Shown here: positions 56,119 to 64,000 of the stretch, piece after piece
Numbering within the stretch: the stretch's first letter is position 1
Layout: each line of letters begins with the position of its first letter
Source: Nitrospirota bacterium
GTDB taxonomy: Bacteria > Nitrospirota > Thermodesulfovibrionia > Thermodesulfovibrionales > Dissulfurispiraceae
NCBI GenBank assembly: GCA_963790025.1
Contig: CAWBMP010000004.1
Span: 416,001-480,000 of the forward strand
Direction: 5' to 3'
Length of the DNA stretch: 64,000 nucleotides
Notes under the pieces: generated by a model
Told to the model about the DNA's origin: nothing
Databases searched by the model: none
What the model saw: only the letters and a program-made list of their open reading frames with translations
Position numbers and translations under genes: made by a program

Positions 56119-57075
56119 ATGAAACTATCGGGAACGTGCGCAGTGAATAAACAGGTCCTGTTGGCTTCTTTAGTATTTGGCTTGACATTGTTATGTCAGG
56201 CAGGGGATGGCCGGTGTGAAAACAATGAGTTTACGCCGGAAGCCTTGAGGTTCGCCTATTCGTCCAAGTTCATCAATGATGTGAGTATAGGGGATGCCCA
56301 GGTTGCAATTGAGTTGTGGACAAGGGAGCTCATCCGGAATACAGCGTTAAAAATGAAGCCGAAACCTTTAATTTATGACCACCTTCAATCGATAGTAAAG
56401 GCCCTCAATAACAAAGAAGTCGACATCATAGCCTTAACACCAATGGACTATCTGAAAATAAGGGACAAAGTACCTCTGGAACCGGCCCTCTTGGGAAGCA
56501 GACGGAATGCCATCGACGGCGACGAACTCGTGCTCCTTGTGCGGCGGGACCAGGGGATCAGGGACATAAATCAACTTAAAGGCAAGAGGCTGATGGTATA
56601 CCCGGGCCCGATTGCTGACAGTGCCTACCTCTGGCTGAACAACATTTTGGCCCAAAGGAACCTGCCCGATCATGAAAGGTTTTTCGGGTCCGGTAAGGAA
56701 GTAAATAAACCATCCCGGGCCGTTTTGCCGGTCTTTTTCAGGCAGGCGGATGCCTGTCTTGTTATCAGGGGCGCATTTGAGACGATGGTCGAGCTCAACC
56801 CGCAAATAGGAAAGGAACTGATGGTCCTTTCGAATTCCGATAAACTGCTATACGCAGTACTCTGTTTCCATAAGTATCTCAATGCCGAAGTCAAAAAGAG
56901 TATTATGAAGAGAGCTTTCAGCTTGCACACTACCCCCGCAGGCAAGCAAATCCTTACTCTTTTCCATATAGACTCAATAGTGCCCTTCAACCCATCCGTG
57001 CTGGATACTTCTGTGGCCTTAATAGATAAACGTAATCACCAGGATGGAGGGTTGTTGGTAAAAAAACAGAAATGA
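56119..57075 (+). CDS. PhnD/SsuA-fold periplasmic binding protein, paralog 3
   Basis: Tandem duplicate of paralog 2 (start may be GTG 56143); extended -10 TGgTATAAT at 56071-56079. Confidence 0.8.
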   Translation: MKLSGTCAVNKQVLLASLVFGLTLLCQAGDGRCENNEFTPEALRFAYSSKFINDVSIGDAQVAIELWTRELIRNTALKMKPKPLIYDHLQSIVKALNNKEVDIIALTPMDYLKIRDKVPLEPALLGSRRNAIDGDELVLLVRRDQGIRDINQLKGKRLMVYPGPIADSAYLWLNNILAQRNLPDHERFFGSGKEVNKPSRAVLPVFFRQADACLVIRGAFETMVELNPQIGKELMVLSNSDKLLYAVLCFHKYLNAEVKKSIMKRAFSLHTTPAGKQILTLFHIDSIVPFNPSVLDTSVALIDKRNHQDGGLLVKKQK

Positions 57076-57081
57076 AAAGTT

Positions 57082-57888
57082 TCACCACCCACGCTGCCGG
57101 ATAGCTTCATACAGGCTGATGGATGCGGCCATGGCAACATTCAGGCTTTCGGCCCTGCCTATAACAGGTATTCTGAACAGCAGTCCGCATTTTTTCAGCA
57201 AGGCAGCACCAATACCATGCGCCTCATTGCCAAAAGCAATCGCAACAGGCTCCCTGAAGTCGGCTGCATAGAGTGAATGTGAAGCATGGGCCTCCGCCGC
57301 ATACAGCCTGATTCGCCGTTCAGCCAGAAAGCACACGAGTTCTTCCACTCCGGCATGGAGTACCGGGACAGTAAAAATACTCCCCGCAGACGCCCTTATC
57401 GCTTTTGGCATGAAGGCATCGCAGGTCCCCGGCATAAGCAGGACAGCGTCTGCACCCGCTGCATCGGAGGCCCGGATAATCGTCCCCATATTCCCGGGGT
57501 CCCGGATACCGTCGCATACAACGAGCAAGGGCATCGTTTTCAGGGGTATTGCGTCGAGTGCCGCCGGTTTAAGTGAGAGCACTGCCACAATACCCTGCGG
57601 CGTTTCAGTATCGGCCAGTTTTTCAATAACACGTTTCGATGTCTCGACAAGTTGAACCGATGTTCCCTTCAGCGGCTTCAAGAGCCTCTGCCCCAATCTG
57701 GAAGAAGAGAAGTCTTCAGTAAAAAAGACCTGCTTAAGTTCGGCAGCCGTGGAAGCAAGGGCCATTTCTACAAGATGGGGACCCTCGATAACAAAAGCGG
57801 CTCCTCCATGCCTGCCGCGTCTCTCCTTTTTTTTTAAAGCTTCCTTGATCAGCGGATGCGCAGAACTGGTGAGCGTGAGCTGCTTCAT
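57082..57888 (-). CDS. TrmH/SpoU-family RNA methyltransferase
   Basis: IEG, ETPQG, DPGNMGTIIR, GNEAHG, ESLNVA. Confidence 0.92.
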   Translation of the reverse strand: MKQLTLTSSAHPLIKEALKKKERRGRHGGAAFVIEGPHLVEMALASTAAELKQVFFTEDFSSSRLGQRLLKPLKGTSVQLVETSKRVIEKLADTETPQGIVAVLSLKPAALDAIPLKTMPLLVVCDGIRDPGNMGTIIRASDAAGADAVLLMPGTCDAFMPKAIRASAGSIFTVPVLHAGVEELVCFLAERRIRLYAAEAHASHSLYAADFREPVAIAFGNEAHGIGAALLKKCGLLFRIPVIGRAESLNVAMAASISLYEAIRQRGW

Positions 57889-58748
57889 AAGGATACTTTG
57901 AACGGCGCAGGCATGAACGTGATAATAAATATCACCAGGGCCAGTAATCCTATCATCCTTCTTTTGGAGTCGAGAGGAGATTCCCAGTGCAGTACCGGAG
58001 GGTGCTTGATACCGAGAAAAAGCATCAGGACCGCCCACATGAGCCAGCCTTCCCATCCTGAAAAACCAAGCAATGAGGAGATGCCGAGAACAGCTAGCAA
58101 CCCCACAAGGAATCGAGACACATAACGTTGTCGCTCGCCCAAAATTGCATAAGCGATATGGCCCCCGTCAAGCTGGCCTATGGGTATAAGATTGAGCGAT
58201 GTCACGAAAAGCCCTATCCAGCCTGCAAAAGCAACGGGATGGAGTAATATGTCATAGTTTGCCGGCGTGACGCCGAGGACCATACGTGAAAGAAAAGAGA
58301 ACAGGATGGAATCACCGAGAGATAGAGAGCCGTCACCCTGAGGCACCGGTATCACCTTTGACATGCTGAGGCCGATGACACACGCTGCTACAGAAATAAT
58401 GAAACCGGCGATCGGTCCCGAGGCCCCGATGTCTATAAGCGCCTTCCGCGTAATGATAGGCGACTTCATTTTTATGAAGGCGCCGAAAGTCCCGAAGATC
58501 GAGGGTGCGGGAATAAAATACGGGAGCGTTGCAACGGTATGGTTCCTTCTGGATGCAATATAATGGGAGAACTCATGGAAAAGCAGTATGGTCATCAGCG
58601 TTCCGGCAAAAGGCAGCCCTTCAATAATTCTGCCCGGGGATTTAATGATATTGATCCCCTGCTGAAGGGCGCCCGCAGACAACGTTGACAGAAATGTCAT
58701 AATGAAAAGAATTATATGAAGATACGGAACCTTTCGCCAATGCCACAT
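57885..58748 (-). CDS. Site-2 protease (M50)
   Basis: HEFSH, GPIAG, NLIPIGQLDGGH. Confidence 0.92.
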   Translation of the reverse strand: MWHWRKVPYLHIILFIMTFLSTLSAGALQQGINIIKSPGRIIEGLPFAGTLMTILLFHEFSHYIASRRNHTVATLPYFIPAPSIFGTFGAFIKMKSPIITRKALIDIGASGPIAGFIISVAACVIGLSMSKVIPVPQGDGSLSLGDSILFSFLSRMVLGVTPANYDILLHPVAFAGWIGLFVTSLNLIPIGQLDGGHIAYAILGERQRYVSRFLVGLLAVLGISSLLGFSGWEGWLMWAVLMLFLGIKHPPVLHWESPLDSKRRMIGLLALVIFIITFMPAPFKVSL

Positions 58749-58751
58749 TGC

Positions 58752-60128
58752 CTATCGCCCCTCCCCGGTTACCACTTTTCCTTTGACGTCATAGTCATAA
58801 GCACCCGTAATCTCAACGGTAACAACATCACCGGATTTTACAGGGTCGTGTCCCCTCTTCTCCGTGTCATCACCTTCCCCTTCCGCGTTTTCTATAATAA
58901 CCATTCCGTCTATTTCCGGGGCATGTGAATAGAGCCGTGCAAGTATAACATCTTCCGCTGTCTCATCGACAATCGCCCTGAAGCGTCTGCCGACAAGTGC
59001 CATGTTTTTCTCCAGCGAAATAAGCGCCTGGCGCTTCATGATTTCTTCAAATCTCCTGCGCTTCACCTTCTCAGGCACCTGCCCTTTAAGTGCGGCAGAC
59101 GGCGTGCCTTCTTCCTTTGAGAACATAAAGGCGCCGAGCCTGTCAAAACGTATTTCCTCGATAAAATCAACAAGTCCGTTGAAGTCCTCTTCCGTCTCGG
59201 TGGGAAACCCCACAATAAATGTCGTCCTGAGTGCAACTCCCGGTATCACATGGCGCAGTCTTCGTATGAGCTTGCGATATTCGCTGCGCGTTCCCCTGCG
59301 CCCCATAAGCCTCAGTATCCTGTCCTCCGAATGCTGGAGCGGGATGTCGAGGTATTTCTGTATTTTCTCTTCGGACGCAATGTATTCGATCAAAGCTTCG
59401 CTGATTGCGGTTGGATACAGGTATAACAGCCGAATATAAAAATCCCCCGGCAGAGAGGCCAGATCACGCAACAACGCTACAAGATCATACCCGTCAGAAT
59501 CTTTGCCGTAACTTGTAATATCCTGGGCCACCAGTATCAATTCTCTTACCCCGGCCCTTACGTATTCAGCCGCCTCGGCAATTATCAATTCAGGCCGGAT
59601 ACTCCTGAACCCGCCTCGTATCGAAGGAATCACACAGAAAGTACATTTCTTATCGCAGCCTTCGGCAATCTTCAGATAAGCGTAGGAAGAGGCGATAGGG
59701 GATAAATTATAGGCTGTGGGCGATGGGCCATTGGCAATGGATATTTCGTTTTTGCTTATAGCCGCTCGACTATTGCCCATAGCCTTTTGTTTTTTGCAGT
59801 ACTCGATAATGTGCGTTTCTTCGCCGACCCCCCAGAGGCAGTCAATTTCGGGGATTTCTTTCAGAAGGTCATCTCCGTATCGTTTGGCGAGGCAGCCGAA
59901 AACAAGAAGCTTTTTCTTCCCTCCCTTGACATTTGCAAGCCTGAGAATCTCTTCTACGGATTCCTTTTTTGCATCTTTGATAAAGCCGCAGGTATTCACC
60001 AGGAGTATATCTGCATCATCCGGGTCATTCGCTGTGATGAATCCTTCCGCTGTGAAGGTCCTCGTCAAATGGCCGGAATCAGCGGTATTCTTGGGACAGC
60101 CAAGTGTGGTAATGTGTATTTTAGCCAT
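58752..60128 (-). CDS. rimO: Ribosomal protein S12 methylthiotransferase
   Basis: LGCPKN, NTCGFI, CDKKCTFC radical SAM motif, APEIDG TRAM. Confidence 0.95.
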   Translation of the reverse strand: MAKIHITTLGCPKNTADSGHLTRTFTAEGFITANDPDDADILLVNTCGFIKDAKKESVEEILRLANVKGGKKKLLVFGCLAKRYGDDLLKEIPEIDCLWGVGEETHIIEYCKKQKAMGNSRAAISKNEISIANGPSPTAYNLSPIASSYAYLKIAEGCDKKCTFCVIPSIRGGFRSIRPELIIAEAAEYVRAGVRELILVAQDITSYGKDSDGYDLVALLRDLASLPGDFYIRLLYLYPTAISEALIEYIASEEKIQKYLDIPLQHSEDRILRLMGRRGTRSEYRKLIRRLRHVIPGVALRTTFIVGFPTETEEDFNGLVDFIEEIRFDRLGAFMFSKEEGTPSAALKGQVPEKVKRRRFEEIMKRQALISLEKNMALVGRRFRAIVDETAEDVILARLYSHAPEIDGMVIIENAEGEGDDTEKRGHDPVKSGDVVTVEITGAYDYDVKGKVVTGEGR

Positions 60129-60552
60129 TTCTCTGTTTCACCACAGCATGATACACAACAATATATCCGATAAGTGCCGATACAAGTGCAACAAGTGTCG
60201 AGCCGAAAACAAAAGGCCACAGTAAAAAACGTACTTCATTAAACAGATATGAAAAACTCATGGCGTGCCATTTCAGCGGAGGAATGATTTTGTCGACATG
60301 GAGGAGTTTTGCGCCAAGCCACGTTGTAAAGGTATAAATAGGCACAATGGTCCAGGGATTCGTAACATACACCCCGACAATCGTAACAAACTTGTTCGTC
60401 CGGAACAAATATGCGGCTCCGATAGCAAGTACGGTATGCAGCCCTATAAGCGGGGACATGCCGAAGAAAACACCCATTGCAAAAGAAAGCGCTATTTTCT
60501 TTGGAGAATCCTTGGTGCTGATTACTTCCCTGAGTTTATCACGCAATGCCAA
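60121..60552 (-). CDS. DUF2062 membrane protein
   Basis: SP..IA.SFA.G.F.G..P..G, TNP motif. Confidence 0.8.
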   Translation of the reverse strand: MALRDKLREVISTKDSPKKIALSFAMGVFFGMSPLIGLHTVLAIGAAYLFRTNKFVTIVGVYVTNPWTIVPIYTFTTWLGAKLLHVDKIIPPLKWHAMSFSYLFNEVRFLLWPFVFGSTLVALVSALIGYIVVYHAVVKQRNG

Positions 60553-61606
60553 AGTGCTGGTATCCTTCCGTCTTCAGGGCAGCTTCCCTGCCCGAGGGGT
60601 CAACGGTAATCCTCTCTTTTTTTGTGATTTCGCCTATGCAAAAAGCATGAACGGAGGCGACCTTTTCCGCGGCTTCTGGAGGAACAGTGAACAAAAGCTC
60701 ATAGTCCTCGCCGCCGGACGTTGCAAGAGCGAGAGGAGATAACCCAATATGGGCTGCGGCAAGGCGCAACCCTTCCGAAACCGGAATTTTTTCGAGATAT
60801 ACCCGAGCGCCCACGCGGCTTTCATCACATATTCTGCACAAATCCATAAACAAGCCGTCGCTTATATCAATCATTGAGGTGACATAAGGCAATAGCTCGC
60901 TTACATCCCTCGCAACAGGCATCAGATGCCTCATTATTAGAGGCCCCGCTACCTGCCAGGTAATTTCGAGGGCCGGAGACCCTGAGAGGCGGAGGACCGG
61001 CGATGCCGAAGTTTCTCCGGTTCCGGGGACATTTCTTACCATTTCTTTCGATTCCGGGGCAAGTCTCTTCAACAGCTCCAGCCCGCATGCTGCTTCACCG
61101 GTTGCCGAAGTCACGTAAATTTTGTCGCCCGGAGCAGCGCCGCCCCTGGTGACTACTTTGCTGCCGGTACCAAGTACCGTGGCTGAAAGGACCATATCAT
61201 TCCTAGCCGAAGACAGGTCCCCTCCCAGCAACGTCATTCCATACTGCTGCAAAGCACATGCAATGCCATCGTAAAACTCCCGGAAAAAAGTTTCTTCAGT
61301 ATCGCCTTTCATCGACACTGTAAGGAAAAGGTAACGAGGGGTACCGCCCATGGCCATTATGTCACTTACATTAACCGAGACGAGCTTGAACCCGAGATGA
61401 AACGGGGCAGTATAACTTAAATCGAAATGGACCCCTTCATGCATCGCATCAGCGGTAATCAATATTTTTTCTTTGGGCGGAGCAATCACGGCGGCATCAT
61501 CTCCGATCCCGATAATGACGCCGCTATCCCCTTTCTTTGCTGGAACGTTAAACCTTCTTCTTATTTCCTCGAGAAGATTTAACTCTCCTATTAGTCGGAG
61601 TTGCAT
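60539..61606 (-). CDS. thiL: Thiamine-monophosphate kinase
   Basis: GIGDDAA, EGVHF, NVSDI.AMGG, DISDGL, GGEDYEL. Confidence 0.95.
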   Translation of the reverse strand: MQLRLIGELNLLEEIRRRFNVPAKKGDSGVIIGIGDDAAVIAPPKEKILITADAMHEGVHFDLSYTAPFHLGFKLVSVNVSDIMAMGGTPRYLFLTVSMKGDTEETFFREFYDGIACALQQYGMTLLGGDLSSARNDMVLSATVLGTGSKVVTRGGAAPGDKIYVTSATGEAACGLELLKRLAPESKEMVRNVPGTGETSASPVLRLSGSPALEITWQVAGPLIMRHLMPVARDVSELLPYVTSMIDISDGLFMDLCRICDESRVGARVYLEKIPVSEGLRLAAAHIGLSPLALATSGGEDYELLFTVPPEAAEKVASVHAFCIGEITKKERITVDPSGREAALKTEGYQHFGIA

Positions 61607-64000
61607 GCGTAACCTTTGAACGTTTTGTCCTGTCAAGCGTCTTCACAGTCTTTATTCCCTTCCGGGCGGGTTTGCCTGATGTTTTCTTTTCCGCGGCCCC
61701 GGCCTTTACCGTTTTCTTACCGGCGAGGGCGTTTTTCAATACAGCATCCATAGTCTCTACAGTCAAAAAAGTCATCCCCTCTTTGACATATTTGGGAAGG
61801 TCATCGAGGTCCTTTTTGTTTCTATGCGGAATTATGACCGTCTTTATACCCATCCTCTTGGCCGCGAGGGCCTTTTCCTTGAGTCCTCCGATGGGAAGCA
61901 CCCTGCCCCGCAACGTAACTTCACCGGTCATCGCCACATCCTTTCGCACCGCTCTTCCTGTCAATGCGGAGGCAATTGAGGTCGCCATCGTAATACCGGC
62001 TGACGGCCCGTCCTTGGGAATAGCGCCGGCCGGTACATGAATATGCAAATCGACATTGGAGAACGAATCCTCGCTCAGCCCCAGTTCGGCGGCGCGTGAC
62101 TTTACGTAACTTAAAGCCGCCTGGGCCGACTCCTTCATAACATCCCCCAACTGGCCGGTGAGAGTAAGGTTGCCCTTTCCTTTCATCACAGTCGCTTCAA
62201 TATAGATGACATCCCCTCCAGCCTCGGTCCAGGCAAGTCCTGTAGCGACACCGACTTCATTCACCCGCATTTCTTCTTCAGGGAGATATTTGGGGACGCC
62301 AAGGTATTTATGGATGTTCTTGGCCGTCATGACGAAGTTCCCGGTCTCGCCTTCGGCAACACGCTTCGCCACCTTCCGGCACAGATTGGCTACCTCACGC
62401 TCAAGGTTCCTGACCCCCGCTTCCCGCGTATAATGGGATATTATTTGCCGGACAGCGGATTCGCTTATTTGCAATATCTTGGTGGTTATACCGTGTTCGT
62501 CAAGCTGTTTCGGGATCAGATACTTTTTAGCTATCTGAAGCTTTTCCTCCTCCGTGTATCCCGACAGATACAATACTTCCATCCTGTCCCTCAACGGCCC
62601 GGGGATCGTGTCTGTAAGGTTTCCCGTGGTAATAAACATAACGTTGGACAGGTCGAAGGGCACAGCCAGATAATGGTCCGCAAAAGAATTATTCTGCTCA
62701 GGATCAAGCACCTCCAGCAGCGCAGAAGACGGATCTCCCCTGAAATCCGAACCGATTTTATCGATCTCATCAAGCATAAATACGGGGTTATTTGTACCCG
62801 CCTGCTTCATGCCCTGAATTATTCGCCCGGGAAGAGCACCGACATATGTCCTCCTGTGGCCCCTTATCTCCGCCTCGTCACGCATCCCTCCGAGAGAAAC
62901 CCTGATGAACTCCCTTCCGAGTGCGCGGGCTATCGAACGGCCGAGCGATGTTTTGCCCACGCCGGGGGGGCCTATAAAACATAAGATCGGGCCTTTCATC
63001 TTCTCTTTGAGTTTCCGCACGCTCAGGTACTCGAGGATCCTCTCTTTCACTTTCTCGAGATCATAATGATCATCGTTAAGCACCTTTTCCGCCTTACGTA
63101 TGTCCAATTGGTCTTTCGTGCTCTTGGACCATGGTATTTCGGTAAGCCATTCAAGGTATGTCCTTATCGTACCCGCTTCAGCACTGTCCGGGTGCATTTT
63201 TTCGATTCGCCTGAGCTGTTTCTCGGCCTCTTTCATGACCTTCTCAGGCATTTTTGCGTCTTCTATTTTTTTCTTGAATTCCCTTACCTCTTCGGCGCGC
63301 TCATCGATGTCACCGAGTTCCCGCTGAATAGCCTTCAACTGCTCTCTGAGGAAGTACTCCCGCTGCGTCTTGTCTATTTCACCCCGTGCCTCGGTCTGGA
63401 TCTTTTGTTGGATAGTTAGCAGCTGGACCTCGCGGGTGAGAATTTCACCCACCCTCTTCAACCGTCTTACAGGGTCCGACATCTCCAGTATCTCCTGGGC
63501 CTGGTCTGTCTTCAGTCCGAGATTAGCCGTAATAAGGTCTGCAAGCCTTCCAGGATCATCTATATTCTCTATAACGACCATCACGTCCGGCAAAACCGTT
63601 TTCCCGAGGGCCACCACTTTATCCATCTGCTCCTTGACATTCCTTATCAGGGCCTCGTTCTCGATGGATGGTTCAGCAGGTTTTTCTTCTTCCACCTTTT
63701 TTATGTCAGCCATAAAGAACGGTTCCTGCTGGGTAAAACCGCCCACTCTGGCCTTTTTCAGTCCCTGAACAAGAATTTTAACGCGTCCGTCAGGAAGTTT
63801 GAGCATCCTCATGATCATGCAGACCGTGCCCATTAAATACAGATCGTCGATAGCAGGCGCCTCCACATTTAAATCCTTTTGGGCAAGGAGCAGCACCATC
63901 CGGTTTGTGTTCAAGGCATGGTCAATAGCTTTTATGGAGATATCTCTGCCCACAAACAAGGGCAAAATCATATAAGGAAAAATAACGATATCCCTTACCG
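61548..64000 (-). CDS. lon: ATP-dependent Lon protease (5' end beyond the window)
   Basis: [34 protein letters not shown]; frame stays open to the window edge (RDIVIFPYM). Confidence 0.97.
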   Translation of the reverse strand, partial: VRDIVIFPYMILPLFVGRDISIKAIDHALNTNRMVLLLAQKDLNVEAPAIDDLYLMGTVCMIMRMLKLPDGRVKILVQGLKKARVGGFTQQEPFFMADIKKVEEEKPAEPSIENEALIRNVKEQMDKVVALGKTVLPDVMVVIENIDDPGRLADLITANLGLKTDQAQEILEMSDPVRRLKRVGEILTREVQLLTIQQKIQTEARGEIDKTQREYFLREQLKAIQRELGDIDERAEEVREFKKKIEDAKMPEKVMKEAEKQLRRIEKMHPDSAEAGTIRTYLEWLTEIPWSKSTKDQLDIRKAEKVLNDDHYDLEKVKERILEYLSVRKLKEKMKGPILCFIGPPGVGKTSLGRSIARALGREFIRVSLGGMRDEAEIRGHRRTYVGALPGRIIQGMKQAGTNNPVFMLDEIDKIGSDFRGDPSSALLEVLDPEQNNSFADHYLAVPFDLSNVMFITTGNLTDTIPGPLRDRMEVLYLSGYTEEEKLQIAKKYLIPKQLDEHGITTKILQISESAVRQIISHYTREAGVRNLEREVANLCRKVAKRVAEGETGNFVMTAKNIHKYLGVPKYLPEEEMRVNEVGVATGLAWTEAGGDVIYIEATVMKGKGNLTLTGQLGDVMKESAQAALSYVKSRAAELGLSEDSFSNVDLHIHVPAGAIPKDGPSAGITMATSIASALTGRAVRKDVAMTGEVTLRGRVLPIGGLKEKALAAKRMGIKTVIIPHRNKKDLDDLPKYVKEGMTFLTVETMDAVLKNALAGKKTVKAGAAEKKTSGKPARKGIKTVKTLDRTKRSKVTHATPTNRRVKSSRGNKKKV

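Noticed and set aside
52196..57075. Phosphonate/phosphite uptake operon
   Set aside because: No phnC/phnE or ptxD, no Pho box; the context is signalling

Overview
Core-chromosome segment of an anaerobic-type diderm bacterium. Gene style suggests Nitrospirota or deltaproteobacteria-like, but this is inference only. Contents, left to right: start of the dcw cluster (mraZ-rsmH-ftsL-ftsI-murE-murF) with a sigma70 promoter and MraZ repeats; bioF; an orphan Cache histidine kinase; gpsA; larB; a REC-GGDEF protein; tupABC interrupted by an unannotated antisense 33-aa basic ORF; pncA-pncB-Crp/Fnr divergent from an Fe-S protein that has a class II FNR-type promoter; hsp20-ino1-CDP-alcohol transferase-DUF948-YtxH-hypAB-tadA; an orphan cbiM followed by a vapC scar; a PAS/Cys-His/PilZ protein; a sigma54 two-component system with an MFS transporter and malic enzyme; namZ plus a fused MurU-AmgK; glgA; aspC-era-DUF151-recO; an NlpC/P60 protein; rplI-dnaB-amrB-mobA-alr; and lon-thiL-DUF2062-rimO-S2P-trmH. 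The best candidate for an undescribed system is the accessory block at 46.7-57.1 kb. It holds a TolC-like protein, three near-identical PhnD-fold binding proteins with no ABC transporter, a hybrid kinase and a REC-PAS-GGDEF-EAL protein, all behind divergent sigma28-type promoters. Short palindromic and heptamer repeat elements occur both between genes and in-frame inside proteins. I saw no rRNA, tRNA, CRISPR array or transposase. All calls come from reading motifs by eye; no database searches were run.
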